DNA of 64,000 nt from Candidatus Latescibacterota bacterium (GCA_965237675.1 OZ250150.1:672001-736000), one strand, 5' to 3'. Positions 49,600 to 59,083 are shown, counted from the first letter of the stretch. Numbers and translations are program-made. Notes: generated by a model from the sequence alone, not told the origin.

Positions 49600-49938
49600 C
49601 TCCCACCTCGTTTTTTTCCTCTTCGTCCTTTTTCTTGTGCGCTGGGAAAAAGGACCAAAGAAAAGCCCGCCGGAGACATGATTTTCAAAAAAAGATGGGC
49701 CGTTCGCCGGGCCCATCGAATTCTTTTCCTTCTTTCCCTTTGTGCCTTCGTGTCTCCGAGTGAGGCCGGCTTTTCTGGTTTTTCTCCCCCTCTCCCCTGG
49801 GAGAGGGGGCCGGGGGGAGAGGTCTGCGCCCTTCGCGTTCGTCCACATAATAGCGCTGACGTCAACTGATTCGGTTTTTGGTTTTGGCTGACAGCTGACC
49901 ACTGATAGCTCTTTCTACGGGGGCCGGGGGGAGAGGTC
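49600..49938. repeat. composite of several short palindromic and tandem repeat types
   Basis: GTCCTTTTTC/GAAAAAGGAC hairpin, CTTTGTGCCTTCGTG, 41-bp palindrome at 49784-49824, CTGACAG-CTGACCA-CTGATAG heptamers and a partial palindrome at 49919-49938. Confidence 0.7.
49687..49717 (-). terminator. intrinsic terminator-like hairpin
   Basis: GATGGGCC/GGCCCATC stem followed by T7 on the minus strand. Confidence 0.55.
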
Positions 49939-50021
49939 CCGCGCGTCGTTGAGCGACTGTGTCGCGACGATGGCGATGGTTTTCCCGTATTTGTGCAGCA
50001 GTGATATCATCGGTCGTCTCG

Positions 50022-50057
50022 AAAAAAAAGACCGCGAACAACAGGCCCGCGGTCTCT
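50022..50057 (-). terminator. intrinsic terminator after the Gfo/Idh gene
   Basis: AGACCGCG/CGCGGTCT stem followed by T8. Confidence 0.75.
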
Positions 50058-50079
50058 GAAAGTCATAAAAAAGCCAGCA

Positions 50080-51027
50080 TCATGTCCCCGAGATGGCGTC
50101 GATCATCTCCATCGTCTTCACCGCGTCGTCCAGACTACAGGCCGGGAACGGAAGTGCGCCTCCATTCTGGACCCATCTCAAGAACGTGCGATCCTGCTGA
50201 TAAAATCCTGGTTTGTAGCGGCGATCAATGTCATTCCCTTCGACGTTCTCCGGCTGTCCGCCCCTGCGTCTCAAGGTTGCGGCTTGCCCAAGAGCGGACG
50301 TGAAGGTAACCCCATTGCCGCGCACTTCCACGCGGTGCCCTCCCGGAGCGAACCAGTCCATAGAGGCACGCCCGACAGCCCCGCCTGTGAAGGTCAACAG
50401 CGCCGAACAGCAGTCCGGCATGGGACCTTCCACAGTATGGTGCATCGGCTGGACGCTCACCACGTCACCGCCGAAGAATCGCAACAGGTCCAAGGCGTGG
50501 ATGCCGTTTGCTACGCTCCAGCGTTTCAGGACCTCTTCAGGAAATTTCGGGTTTTCCCGGACCCGCTGGATATCTTCGTGGGCGTCCACAGTGACGCTTT
50601 GTACCGGCCCGGATTCGAGGATCAGCTCCCTGCCCTTGAGAAGCGTGGAATAGAACCGCCGATTTACGCCCACCATCGCCGGCGTACCCACCGCTCGCGC
50701 CAGATCGGCCAGCGCACGGGTCTGGGACGTATAGAGGCCAGGAGGCTTTTCCAGAAAGGTCGGGATACCGGACCGAATGAAGTCTGCGGCGACCGCAGCG
50801 ACCTGGAGGACACTCACGAGAACGAAAACGGCGTCGGGCCGATCCCCTTCCAGCAGGCTCTCGTGCAAGTTCAGGCGATTCGACACGCCGAACCGCGCTC
50901 CTGTCTCTTCCAGAACGCGGGGGTTGCTGTCCACAAGCGTCGTCACACACCCCTCGCGAAGGTCGGTGAGTACTTTCAGGTGCCTTTGGGCTATGTTTCC
51001 GGCTCCGACTACCGCAATGTTCAGCAT
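50080..51027 (-). CDS. Gfo/Idh/MocA family oxidoreductase
   Basis: IAVVGAGNIA, LEKPPG, VGVNRRF and GIHALDLL. Confidence 0.9.
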   Translation of the reverse strand: MLNIAVVGAGNIAQRHLKVLTDLREGCVTTLVDSNPRVLEETGARFGVSNRLNLHESLLEGDRPDAVFVLVSVLQVAAVAADFIRSGIPTFLEKPPGLYTSQTRALADLARAVGTPAMVGVNRRFYSTLLKGRELILESGPVQSVTVDAHEDIQRVRENPKFPEEVLKRWSVANGIHALDLLRFFGGDVVSVQPMHHTVEGPMPDCCSALLTFTGGAVGRASMDWFAPGGHRVEVRGNGVTFTSALGQAATLRRRGGQPENVEGNDIDRRYKPGFYQQDRTFLRWVQNGGALPFPACSLDDAVKTMEMIDAISGT

Positions 51028-51086
51028 TTCGTCCTGTTCCATGTAAGCATTGCACGCCTTGAAGTAACGAATCTGTTCCTCTGGGC

Positions 51087-51530
51087 TCAGATCTCTCGTT
51101 TTGAGCCCGTCGGCAAGGGGTGATACTTCACCTCGACTTCCACATCTGTGACTCTCAGCGGTCTCACCAAATCGTCCGGTCGCTCCACCAGCGGATCTCC
51201 AAACGGTTCGCCCCCTGATGTGGCCGCACCCGCTGCAAGTCAAATATCAGCCACATGCTCTGGTACGGAGCGACCTTATAGCCGTATTCCCGGCGGCATA
51301 TCTCCCCTTGCAGCGACTGGCCGTTGAGCGCGATTTCCAAGCGGTCGTCCGAGACCAGATCGACGATCTTGATCCGCAAGAGCACCTGACTGACGCGGCC
51401 TTCTTGCGCGTCGTCGACCAAGTAAAAGGGAATGGTATGCTGTGCCCGGTCGTCGCCTGCGATCTCCTCCGGCAGCGGGTGACCACTGCGAAGATAAGCA
51501 GTCCGATGAGGAGCACGGCGCCCGCACAAT
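51087..51530 (-). pseudogene. frameshifted C-terminal fragment of a larger protein
   Basis: ..LLRIKI..DRLEIALNG..GANRLEI, then a frame change to LVERPDDLVRPLRVTDVEVEVKYHP..*. No N-terminus. Confidence 0.55.
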
Positions 51531-51564
51531 GGCTTGTCGAGCTATTGAGGAAGCGTGTCTGAAG

Positions 51565-51589
51565 GTGGGGCAGACATTCCTGTCTGCCC
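51565..51589 (+). repeat. REP-like palindrome
   Basis: GTGG-GGCAGACA-TTCC-TGTCTGCC. Confidence 0.7.
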
Positions 51590-51724
51590 TTCTCATCGTC
51601 CGTCTGTCGCAATGCAGACAGAAAAACGGCTTGCACCGCCTTTATGGAGCCAATAGCCCTGGCGGCTCTTGCGTTACCACAATAAAGCGACTTGAGTAAG
51701 GAAACGACCGTATGGATTATTCGC

Positions 51725-52342
51725 TTACGGCCAGGTGGGGCGTTCCATCGAAAAAGACTCGGTGACGCACGCGTAGTCCAGATACCCGAGACGCCCCACG
51801 GGTTTCAGGGCTACGGTGTCGACAAGGCCATCCCTGATAGCCCGATCGGCAATGTGGATGCCAACCACCTGACCGAATACAACCGTGTTCGGATCGTCCG
51901 GATCGTCCGTGGGCAGATCCACGGTCCGGGTATGGATACACTCCAGGTGGACCGGGCTTTCCGCTACACGGGGAGGTTTTACGAGTCTTGAAGGCGCCTG
52001 GGTGACACCCGCGTATTCGAACTCGTTGACGTTTCCAGGCGCGGGTACTGCGGTCGCGTTCATCTGTGTCCGAAGCTCCCAGGTGACGAGGTTTACCACG
52101 AATTCACCGGTTTCCTGCGCATTCTTTATGGAATCCTTCAACCCGCCGTGGGTGTGTGTGGTTGTAGCGGCGAACATGACCTGCGGCGGGGCATAGGCCA
52201 CCGCGTTGAAAAACGAGTACGGGGCCAGGTTGATCGAACCCCGCGCGTCTATCGATGAAATCCATCCGATCGGTCGCGGCACAACGATGGCGTTAAAGGG
52301 ATCGCGACGCAGACCGTGGCGTTCGGACGTCTTGTAAAACAT
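51725..52342 (-). CDS. flavin reductase family (DIM6/NTAB)
   Basis: VVPRPIGWISS, NLAPYSFFN, KDS..N..ETGEFVVN, ESPVHLEC and GRLG..Y. Confidence 0.92.
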   Translation of the reverse strand: MFYKTSERHGLRRDPFNAIVVPRPIGWISSIDARGSINLAPYSFFNAVAYAPPQVMFAATTTHTHGGLKDSIKNAQETGEFVVNLVTWELRTQMNATAVPAPGNVNEFEYAGVTQAPSRLVKPPRVAESPVHLECIHTRTVDLPTDDPDDPNTVVFGQVVGIHIADRAIRDGLVDTVALKPVGRLGYLDYACVTESFSMERPTWP

Positions 52343-52397
52343 ACTCGAGGCCTCCCTTTCCGAAGGTTAACCTCAATTCGAAAAAAGATAACCGTTA

Positions 52398-52543
52398 AAT
52401 TGGCCACAAAACGCACAAAAGGCACAGAAGGTATCGGTGCGAAACGGCGTGTGTCGTAACTCCGTGATCCTGCAGTTATTTCGTTGTCTCTCGGCTATAC
52501 GCCCTGCAACAGGATAGCTGTTTTTGTGCCTTTTGTGGCAATT
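52398..52543. repeat. inverted arrays of 9-bp (G/C)(G/C)CACAAAA units
   Basis: GCCACAAAA-CGCACAAAA-GGCACAGAA versus TTTTTGTGCC-TTTTGTGGC. Confidence 0.7.
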
Positions 52544-52762
52544 AGCCTTAATTCCAAAAATACAGCAAGGCGACACCACGGCAAAGACTGCAGAAACGGG
52601 GTATTGAGGTCGTCCAATTGGACGTTTTCTCCGTTCACGTCCAGTGACCTTAAACATCCTGGAACTCCCACGTCAAATCGCCTTTGTTCTTCTGTGTATA
52701 TTCGACTTAAGGTCCCCAAAAAACGACGAATCAAGGTTAAGTCGTTTTCTTTGTAGCAGGGC

Positions 52763-53764
52763 CTACTTCCACTTGAACACTACACCCAGCGCGGCGCTCG
52801 GATCGTCGGCGAGCATCGTGTAGATTTCCTGGCACTGCTCCGGTTCAGCCACGTGGGTGATGAGGTCTTCAACGAGCAATCTTCCCTCGCCCATCAGGCG
52901 CATCACCAGCCGGCGGTCCCGATCCTTTGCCCATCGGTAGTAAATGTGGTCGGCCTCCGGTGTTTTGGGCTGGTGGGCGCCCAGGATGCTGACTTCGCGC
53001 AAATGCACATCGGCCAGGAAATCCATGTCGACGGAACCGCGCGGAGAACCCAGCGCGACCACACGGCCGGCCGTGCACGCAAGACGGACAGCGGTGGGAT
53101 ATACCGCGGGTTTGCCGGTGGCTTCAATGACGACGTTGGCGCCGTCTTCCACGCAATGGCGGCCGACCGCGTCCCGGATGTCGTCCACCGCGCCGGGGTT
53201 GAAGCAAAGGTCGATGCCGCGGCTTTGCGCCTTGTCCAGACGAAAGTCGTCTAGATCGATGGCGATTACCGGCAGGGCACCGGAGAGCCGCGCGAGCGTC
53301 GCCGCGAGTTGACCGACTATCCCCAGGCCGATGACGACCACAACCTCGCCCAATTCGATGCGCGCCACCCGAATTCCGTGGATGGCAATAGCGCCCATGA
53401 CCATAAACGCGGCGGCTTTGCCCGACACGGAATCCGGGACCTTCTGGTGGAAGGACCTGTCGCCGCGGAGGACGGTATGGCTGGCGTGGTTTCCCTGTCC
53501 GGCGACGCGGTCGCCGGGCCGGACACCCTCCACTTCCTTGCCGACCTCCAGGACGGTGCCGACGTTGCAATAGCCGGTCGTGCGGGGAAAACGCACCTTG
53601 TTTCCGGGTTCGCCGCCGTGGGTCCAGCCGTGGATCTCGGTGCCGACGCTGACGGCGGTGTACTGGTTTTCGATCAGGATGCCGTTTTCCGGCAAAGGAC
53701 CGGTTTCGAACGACGCCACCTCCATGTGGCGAATGCCGGGACTGACGAGACGCCTCGCTTGCAT
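52763..53764 (-). CDS. MDR-family dehydrogenase (SxGTE type)
   Basis: VSVGTE, GYCNVG, GDRV, HAS, GLGIVG and IEATG. Confidence 0.88.
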   Translation of the reverse strand: MQARRLVSPGIRHMEVASFETGPLPENGILIENQYTAVSVGTEIHGWTHGGEPGNKVRFPRTTGYCNVGTVLEVGKEVEGVRPGDRVAGQGNHASHTVLRGDRSFHQKVPDSVSGKAAAFMVMGAIAIHGIRVARIELGEVVVVIGLGIVGQLAATLARLSGALPVIAIDLDDFRLDKAQSRGIDLCFNPGAVDDIRDAVGRHCVEDGANVVIEATGKPAVYPTAVRLACTAGRVVALGSPRGSVDMDFLADVHLREVSILGAHQPKTPEADHIYYRWAKDRDRRLVMRLMGEGRLLVEDLITHVAEPEQCQEIYTMLADDPSAALGVVFKWK

Positions 53765-53848
53765 CGGGAAGTCCTTTCGGGTTGCCTGACGGCGGATATG
53801 AGCGAGTGATCGTTTCGGACGCGAACACCCACCAGACGCCGCGTGTGG

Positions 53849-54889
53849 TTATTGCGCCTGCCTGCGGTCCAGGGTCTGTCGGAAGAGCCCGAGAAAGTTG
53901 CCACCCCAGACTTTCCGGATTTCGTCTTCGGAAAGGCCGCGAGCGAGCATGGCGCTGGTGAGGTGAACAAGCTTTGAGACGTCTCCGACAACAGGGGTAA
54001 GCGAACCCATGCCGTCGTAGTCCGAGCCGATGGCAACGTGGTCGATACCGACGAGGTCCGCCACGTAACAAATATGGTCGACCAGGCGGTCGACGGATGG
54101 GTTCCCGGGATCGATGAAACCCGGCACGAAGGCGATGCCCATCACGCCGCCGGCGCCGGCCAGGGCCTTGAGTTGATCGTCAGTGAGACAGCGCCAGTGG
54201 TTGCAGACCGAAAAGACCGCGGTATGGGTCATCGTCACCGGCAGCGAAGATCGTTCAAGAACCTCGTAGAAGGCCCTGTCATTGATGTGTGCAAGGTCCG
54301 TGATGATGCCCAGCCGGTTGCTTTCCTCAAGCACGGCTTTGCCGAATTCCGTAAGGCCGCTGGCGCTCCTGCGTTCACGCTCACGATCGTCGGGCGTGCA
54401 CGGCCCGAATGGACTCTTGCTGCCCTGAAGATAGGCCGCGTCTTCGCCGCCTTCGCCGTGGGTAATTCCGATGCAGCGCACACCCAGGCGGTAGTAGAGC
54501 CGAAGAATATCCATCTCGGCTTCCAGCCATCGTCCTGCGCCTTCGATCGTGAGCAGGATACCTATTTTATCGGATTCCCGTGCCCGTCCCACATCCGCCG
54601 ATGACAGCACCAGCATCAGGTCGGCGGGATACCGTTCCACGGAAGCCAGGGTCTGTTCAAGGGTTACACGGACGTTTGCCGTGGGACCGTTGCCGACCAC
54701 GAAAAAGCCGGCGTTGAATCCGCCTTCCCTCATTCGGGGAATGTCGATATGATACGCATGGTCCGATTTTTTCAGGTCCATCGGGCGCTCGCCGCGGTGC
54801 ACATGCTCCACGGGCGTGTCGTTGTGGCCGTCGACGATAAGGCAGCGATCGTGGACTGCCTGCGCTTCTTCAAGGGTGACGTCCGGCAT
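53849..54889 (-). CDS. membrane dipeptidase (M19) family
   Basis: VDGHND, IEG, GLTEFGK..SNRLGI..DLAH, TH and HVAIGSDYDG. Confidence 0.92.
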   Translation of the reverse strand: MPDVTLEEAQAVHDRCLIVDGHNDTPVEHVHRGERPMDLKKSDHAYHIDIPRMREGGFNAGFFVVGNGPTANVRVTLEQTLASVERYPADLMLVLSSADVGRARESDKIGILLTIEGAGRWLEAEMDILRLYYRLGVRCIGITHGEGGEDAAYLQGSKSPFGPCTPDDRERERRSASGLTEFGKAVLEESNRLGIITDLAHINDRAFYEVLERSSLPVTMTHTAVFSVCNHWRCLTDDQLKALAGAGGVMGIAFVPGFIDPGNPSVDRLVDHICYVADLVGIDHVAIGSDYDGMGSLTPVVGDVSKLVHLTSAMLARGLSEDEIRKVWGGNFLGLFRQTLDRRQAQ

Positions 54890-54958
54890 GGGAATTGTCC
54901 TCTGGTGGGGGATGAGTGTGTGCCAGTGTGGGACGGAACGATGCCCGTTCGGGCCGGG

Positions 54959-56281
54959 CTACGGCGGGTCGATGGGTACTTTCTGATTCTTGCGAACCAG
55001 CGGGTCGTACGTGAATCCGCTGGAGCGTTTCTCGAACTCGGCCCGCACTTTTTTCATGTACTCCGGGCTCCGGCAGAGGTCAACCGCGGTTCCGGCGAAA
55101 ACTTTGGCGGTCTGCTGGAGCGCTCGCCCGGCGAAAGGCAGGGCGGCCTGCGCGGCCATGTCCCGGTGATGGACAGGGGTGCCCTTCGCATAGCATACCA
55201 TCTGGAATCGACCCAGGGGCGCCAGCCAGGAGACGTTGTCTTCGTCGGTGGAGCCCCGACCCTGGGAGCCGTTGCCCTTTGTGATTTTCGTATTAAAATC
55301 CTTTTTATAACCCAGGGTTTCCGCGCGTGTTCTGTCGGCTTCCGTCGGTTCTGGCGGCCCGAAGAGTTTCAGGTTTTTTCGGACGATCTCACACATCGCC
55401 TTGTTCCGCAGACGCGGGTAAACGGCAGTGATGCGCGACCATTTCATCCGCGTGTCGGTCGCCTTCGCGGCGCCCTGGGCGCAGGCGGTGAGGCGTTCAC
55501 GCACATGGTCGACCTGTGCGCGGTTCTTGCCTCGAACGAAGTACCAGATCTTGGCATAGGCGGGCACCACGTTGGGGGCGTCGCCGCCTTGCCGGATGAC
55601 GGAATGGATCCTGACATTTTCGGGCACGTGTTCCCGGAGATAGTTCGCGGCGATGTCCGTGAGCATCACCCCGTCCAGGGCGCTCCGGCCCCGGTGCCCC
55701 CACGCGCCGTGGGCAGTGCGTCCGAAGAATTCGTAAACGACGGAGTCCAGCGATGACCCGCCGAAATCGTTGACGCCGGAAGAACTCCCCGGATGCCAGG
55801 CGAGGCACGCGTCCAGGTCCCGAAACGCGCCATCGCGGGCCATGTAGACTTTCCCCGCCAGGGTCTCCTCGGCTGGACAGCCGTAGTAGATGATTTTTCC
55901 CGATGTGCCAATTGACTTGAGAATCTTTGCAGCGGCGACCGCGCCCGCGGCCGGGGCAACGCCCAGCAGGTTGTGGCCTCAGCCGTGACCCCACTGACCT
56001 TCCTCGGGACCGCAGTTCGGCAGCGCGTCGTATTCGCCGAGCATCCCCAAAGCCGGCCCTCCGTTGCCCCGGGTTGCGCGAAAGGCGGTGGGGATATTCT
56101 TGAACGGAAATTCGACCTCGAAGCCGCGTGAGGCCAGGTAGTCCGCGATGGCTCCGGAGGATTTGACCTCCCGGAAGGGCCGTTCCGCCCATGCATGTAC
56201 CCGCATAGAAAGGTCGCTGGCGCGTTTCGACTCGTCCGCTACGGTGCGATCGATGAGGTCCTTTTTTTCTTTCGAGGTCAT
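54959..56281 (-). CDS. AbgB-like M20 amidohydrolase with in-frame TGA at the conserved Cys (candidate selenoprotein)
   Basis: EYDALP..GHG-TGA-GHNLLG, GCPAEE, WHP, GRTAH, SALD, NYLREH, PNVVP and GSTD, all in one frame of 440 aa. Confidence 0.85.
55944..55978 (-). promoter_or_regulatory. candidate bacterial SECIS hairpin
   Basis: Directly 3' of the UGA: GCU-GGGC[GUU]GCCC-C-GGC, with the apical loop starting with G at +19. Confidence 0.45.
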
Positions 56282-56388
56282 GACATATCCCTTCTGTAAA
56301 AAACGCCGGTCCACCGTGAATAGAATTGCCGCGTTGGATCGTCAACTGTTCCGGATCGATCTTCACCCCGAGTTTTCGAACGGTACAT

Positions 56389-57477
56389 CTATGCATTAAC
56401 GATGGCATCAACGACCGCGTCGCCCACCTCCGGCGTCGCCGCGGTCCCGCCCAGGTCCGCCGGATGGTTTGCCGGATAAACAAGCGTTCGATCGACGGCG
56501 CGGTCAATTGTCTCCGAGGCGGCGGCGGCTTCCTTATCGTTATGGCGGCTGCCCAGCCAGGACAGCATCATCCCCGCGGAGAGGATCTGGGCTATGGGGT
56601 TGGCGATGCCCTTCCCGGCTATATCGGGCGCGGTACCGTGGGATGGCTGGAACACGCCGTAACGATCGCCTACGTCGGCCGAGGGCGCCATACCCATCCC
56701 GCCGATGGTGGCCGCGGCAAGGTCCGATATGATGTCCCCGAACATGTTTTCGGCAACCACAACGTCGTACCATGAGGGGTTGCGTAACTGGTACACGGTG
56801 AAGGCGTCCACGTAGGCATAATCCCGTTCGATGTCGGGATAGGATTCTGCAATCTCGTCGTAGATCTGCCTGAAAAAGGCCATGCTTTTCAGAATGTTGG
56901 CTTTGTCTACCGAGGTGACGCGGCTTTTCCCGTCAACGGGTGCCCCCTTCCGCTGCTTTGCGATTTCAAAGGCGTACCGTACAATCCGCTCGGTGCCGGC
57001 GCGGGTGATGACCATGTTGTCAACGGCGAGACTGTCGCCAAGAAGAACCCCGGCGCCTCGGGAGGCGTAAAGGCCTTCGGTATTTTCGCGGAGGATGACG
57101 TAGTCGAGCGGCGGATCCCCCGCGAGAAGCGGAGGTACGCCGCGATATTTTTTTATGGGCCGGATCCCGGCGTAGAGGTCCAGTTCGAAACGCAGTGTCA
57201 GCTGAGGTGCGATTTCGGTGCCATCGGAAAATCGGATATCCGGGTCGCCGGCGGAACCGAAAAGGACGGCATCGGCCTGCTTGCAGGCCTCGAGCGTCGG
57301 TTCGGGCAGGTCATTGCCGGTTTCGGAGTAGCACCTGGCGCCGACCGGGTGTTCGGAGAAAGCGAAACGAAGATTCGGATGCGGCTCCTCGAGAGCGAGA
57401 AGGACTTTGAGCGCTTCTGCGACCACTTCCGGGCCGACCCCGTCTCCGGGGAGAACGGCGATGTTGTAGGTTGGCAT
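56389..57477 (-). CDS. isopropylmalate/tartrate dehydrogenase family
   Basis: LPGDGVGPEV, LRENTEGLY, VDKAN, ENMFGDIISD and HGTAPDIAGKGIANP. Confidence 0.92.
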   Translation of the reverse strand: MPTYNIAVLPGDGVGPEVVAEALKVLLALEEPHPNLRFAFSEHPVGARCYSETGNDLPEPTLEACKQADAVLFGSAGDPDIRFSDGTEIAPQLTLRFELDLYAGIRPIKKYRGVPPLLAGDPPLDYVILRENTEGLYASRGAGVLLGDSLAVDNMVITRAGTERIVRYAFEIAKQRKGAPVDGKSRVTSVDKANILKSMAFFRQIYDEIAESYPDIERDYAYVDAFTVYQLRNPSWYDVVVAENMFGDIISDLAAATIGGMGMAPSADVGDRYGVFQPSHGTAPDIAGKGIANPIAQILSAGMMLSWLGSRHNDKEAAAASETIDRAVDRTLVYPANHPADLGGTAATPEVGDAVVDAIVNA

Positions 57478-57533
57478 GCACGTCCTTTACAAGGGTTGTT
57501 GAGGTTTGAAAACACCGAAACGCGGGCGTATCG

Positions 57534-58697
57534 TCAGCGGCGGCGAGGGGAACGCTGGCGATCATGGATGCCGACGCGGAATCCGCCCTCGGATCCCACG
57601 CCGCGCTCGAGCATATCCGGTTCGACGTCGAATCCCGCACCGGGCGTTTCGGGTACGATCAGCCTGCCGTCTCGCATCCGCCACCCGTCCAGGACGATGC
57701 CGGGCATATCGGCGGGCGCCGCTTCCAGGAGGCTGAAGTTGGGAATGGAGGCGGCGAAGTGGGCGTGTGCGTAGCGTTCGATGATACTCCCCCAGCAATG
57801 GGGGGCGCACTTCGCGCCCCAGGGTTGGATGCGATCCGCGGTGGCTTTCCACCAGGTCAGACCCTTGAAGCGGAAGTCGTGCTGCACGATATCAATCCAT
57901 CCCTTTTCGACCATATCGAAGAAGTCGGGTGGAGGCGGCCCGGATTCACCGTCGGCCACGAGCGTGTTGCAGCCTCTCTGGACGATCGCCTCCTTAAAGG
58001 CCTGGTTGAACGCCCGATCTTCAGGAAACGGCTCTTCGAACCAATAGACCCCCACATCCCGGCAGCGTTCGAGTATGTCCAAAGCGATATTGAGCGTGGT
58101 TCCGTTGTTGGCGTCAACCAGAATTTTCGCATCCGGTCCCGCGGCTTCGCGAACCGCGTGGATCACCAGCACGTCCCTGTCCGTTCCTTCCCGAACGGGC
58201 ATCCAGCGGGCTCCGCGACCGATTTTGATTTTAAAATTGCTGTACCCATAGTCGTGCCCGGTTCGGACTTCCTCGTGGAAGATTCGGCGCGCTTTATCGT
58301 CGGAAACACCCAGATCGTCGATATAGATGGAACCGTCGTAGAGTTCCACTTCGCGGGAGCCGCGCGCGCCCAGGAGTTGGTAAAGAGGCACCCCTTCACA
58401 TCTGGCGGCCAGATCCCACAGAGGCAGATCAATGGCTGCGCCGGCCCCGTTCGACCCCAGGGGAAGTTCGAAGAGGTCCGAGGGACGTTTACCAAGCAGC
58501 GCTTCGGCGTGGCCTCGGTCGAGGGGCGACCAGCCGATACCCTCCGCGCCGCCCCCGGTGCAGATGCGCACGACCGGGTCCGTAACGGCCTGGCCATGTG
58601 CGCCGAGGCGGGCGTTAGAACCGATGGTACGCGGACGTCTTCCGCGGATGAGAACCTTTTCGATCTTGACGATGGGATCGGAGTAAATGCTGGGCAT
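57534..58697 (-). CDS. mandelate racemase/muconate lactonizing enzyme (enolase superfamily)
   Basis: LWDLAAR..PLYQLLG, KIKIG, VDAN, WFEEP, DGE, PH and PGAG. Confidence 0.9.
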   Translation of the reverse strand: MPSIYSDPIVKIEKVLIRGRRPRTIGSNARLGAHGQAVTDPVVRICTGGGAEGIGWSPLDRGHAEALLGKRPSDLFELPLGSNGAGAAIDLPLWDLAARCEGVPLYQLLGARGSREVELYDGSIYIDDLGVSDDKARRIFHEEVRTGHDYGYSNFKIKIGRGARWMPVREGTDRDVLVIHAVREAAGPDAKILVDANNGTTLNIALDILERCRDVGVYWFEEPFPEDRAFNQAFKEAIVQRGCNTLVADGESGPPPPDFFDMVEKGWIDIVQHDFRFKGLTWWKATADRIQPWGAKCAPHCWGSIIERYAHAHFAASIPNFSLLEAAPADMPGIVLDGWRMRDGRLIVPETPGAGFDVEPDMLERGVGSEGGFRVGIHDRQRSPRRR

Positions 58698-58817
58698 AAA
58701 GGGTATCCGGAACCCGGGTTGGATGTACGGTCAGGTAAAGTAAGCCAAAAAACGACAGTTGGAAATTAAAAAAGGCCGTGTGGCGCGGCGTCCGGTTTTT
58801 ACCCGGAGAAATAGGTC

Positions 58818-58846
58818 TTGACGCGCGCTACAAGATGTAGTATTTT
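58818..58846 (+). promoter_or_regulatory. sigma70-like promoter upstream of smc
   Basis: TTGACG-17 bp-TATTTT. Confidence 0.5.
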
Positions 58847-59083
58847 TTAGGCACCGCAACGGTTTCTTCCCCAATTTGTTGCGTCTTCCATATCTCCCCT
58901 GCCTTCCCCCTTTCATATTGTACTCGCTAATCCGGGCCAATAGCGAACGTCCGCAAAAGTCCGCGTGACGACACGGCGGATCGGACAGTCTGCCGTTCCT
59001 TCGCTATCGGTGTGCCGTTTTCGATTCGTCCCTCGCATCTGTATTGACACGCCGGATGTTCGTGTTCTTCAGGAGGCGGTGCT

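Noticed and set aside
49540-49902. 120-aa and 89-aa ORFs in the repeat cluster
   Set aside because: Low-complexity translations of repeat DNA with no clear RBS
49500-52760. CRISPR array
   Set aside because: No regularly spaced identical direct repeats with unique spacers, and no cas genes
55979-55981. Genome-wide reassignment of TGA (code 4 or 25) as the explanation for the in-frame TGA
   Set aside because: TGA ends many genes at their expected C-termini (argS, dinG, smc, tonB), and the aligned residue here is Cys, not Trp or Gly
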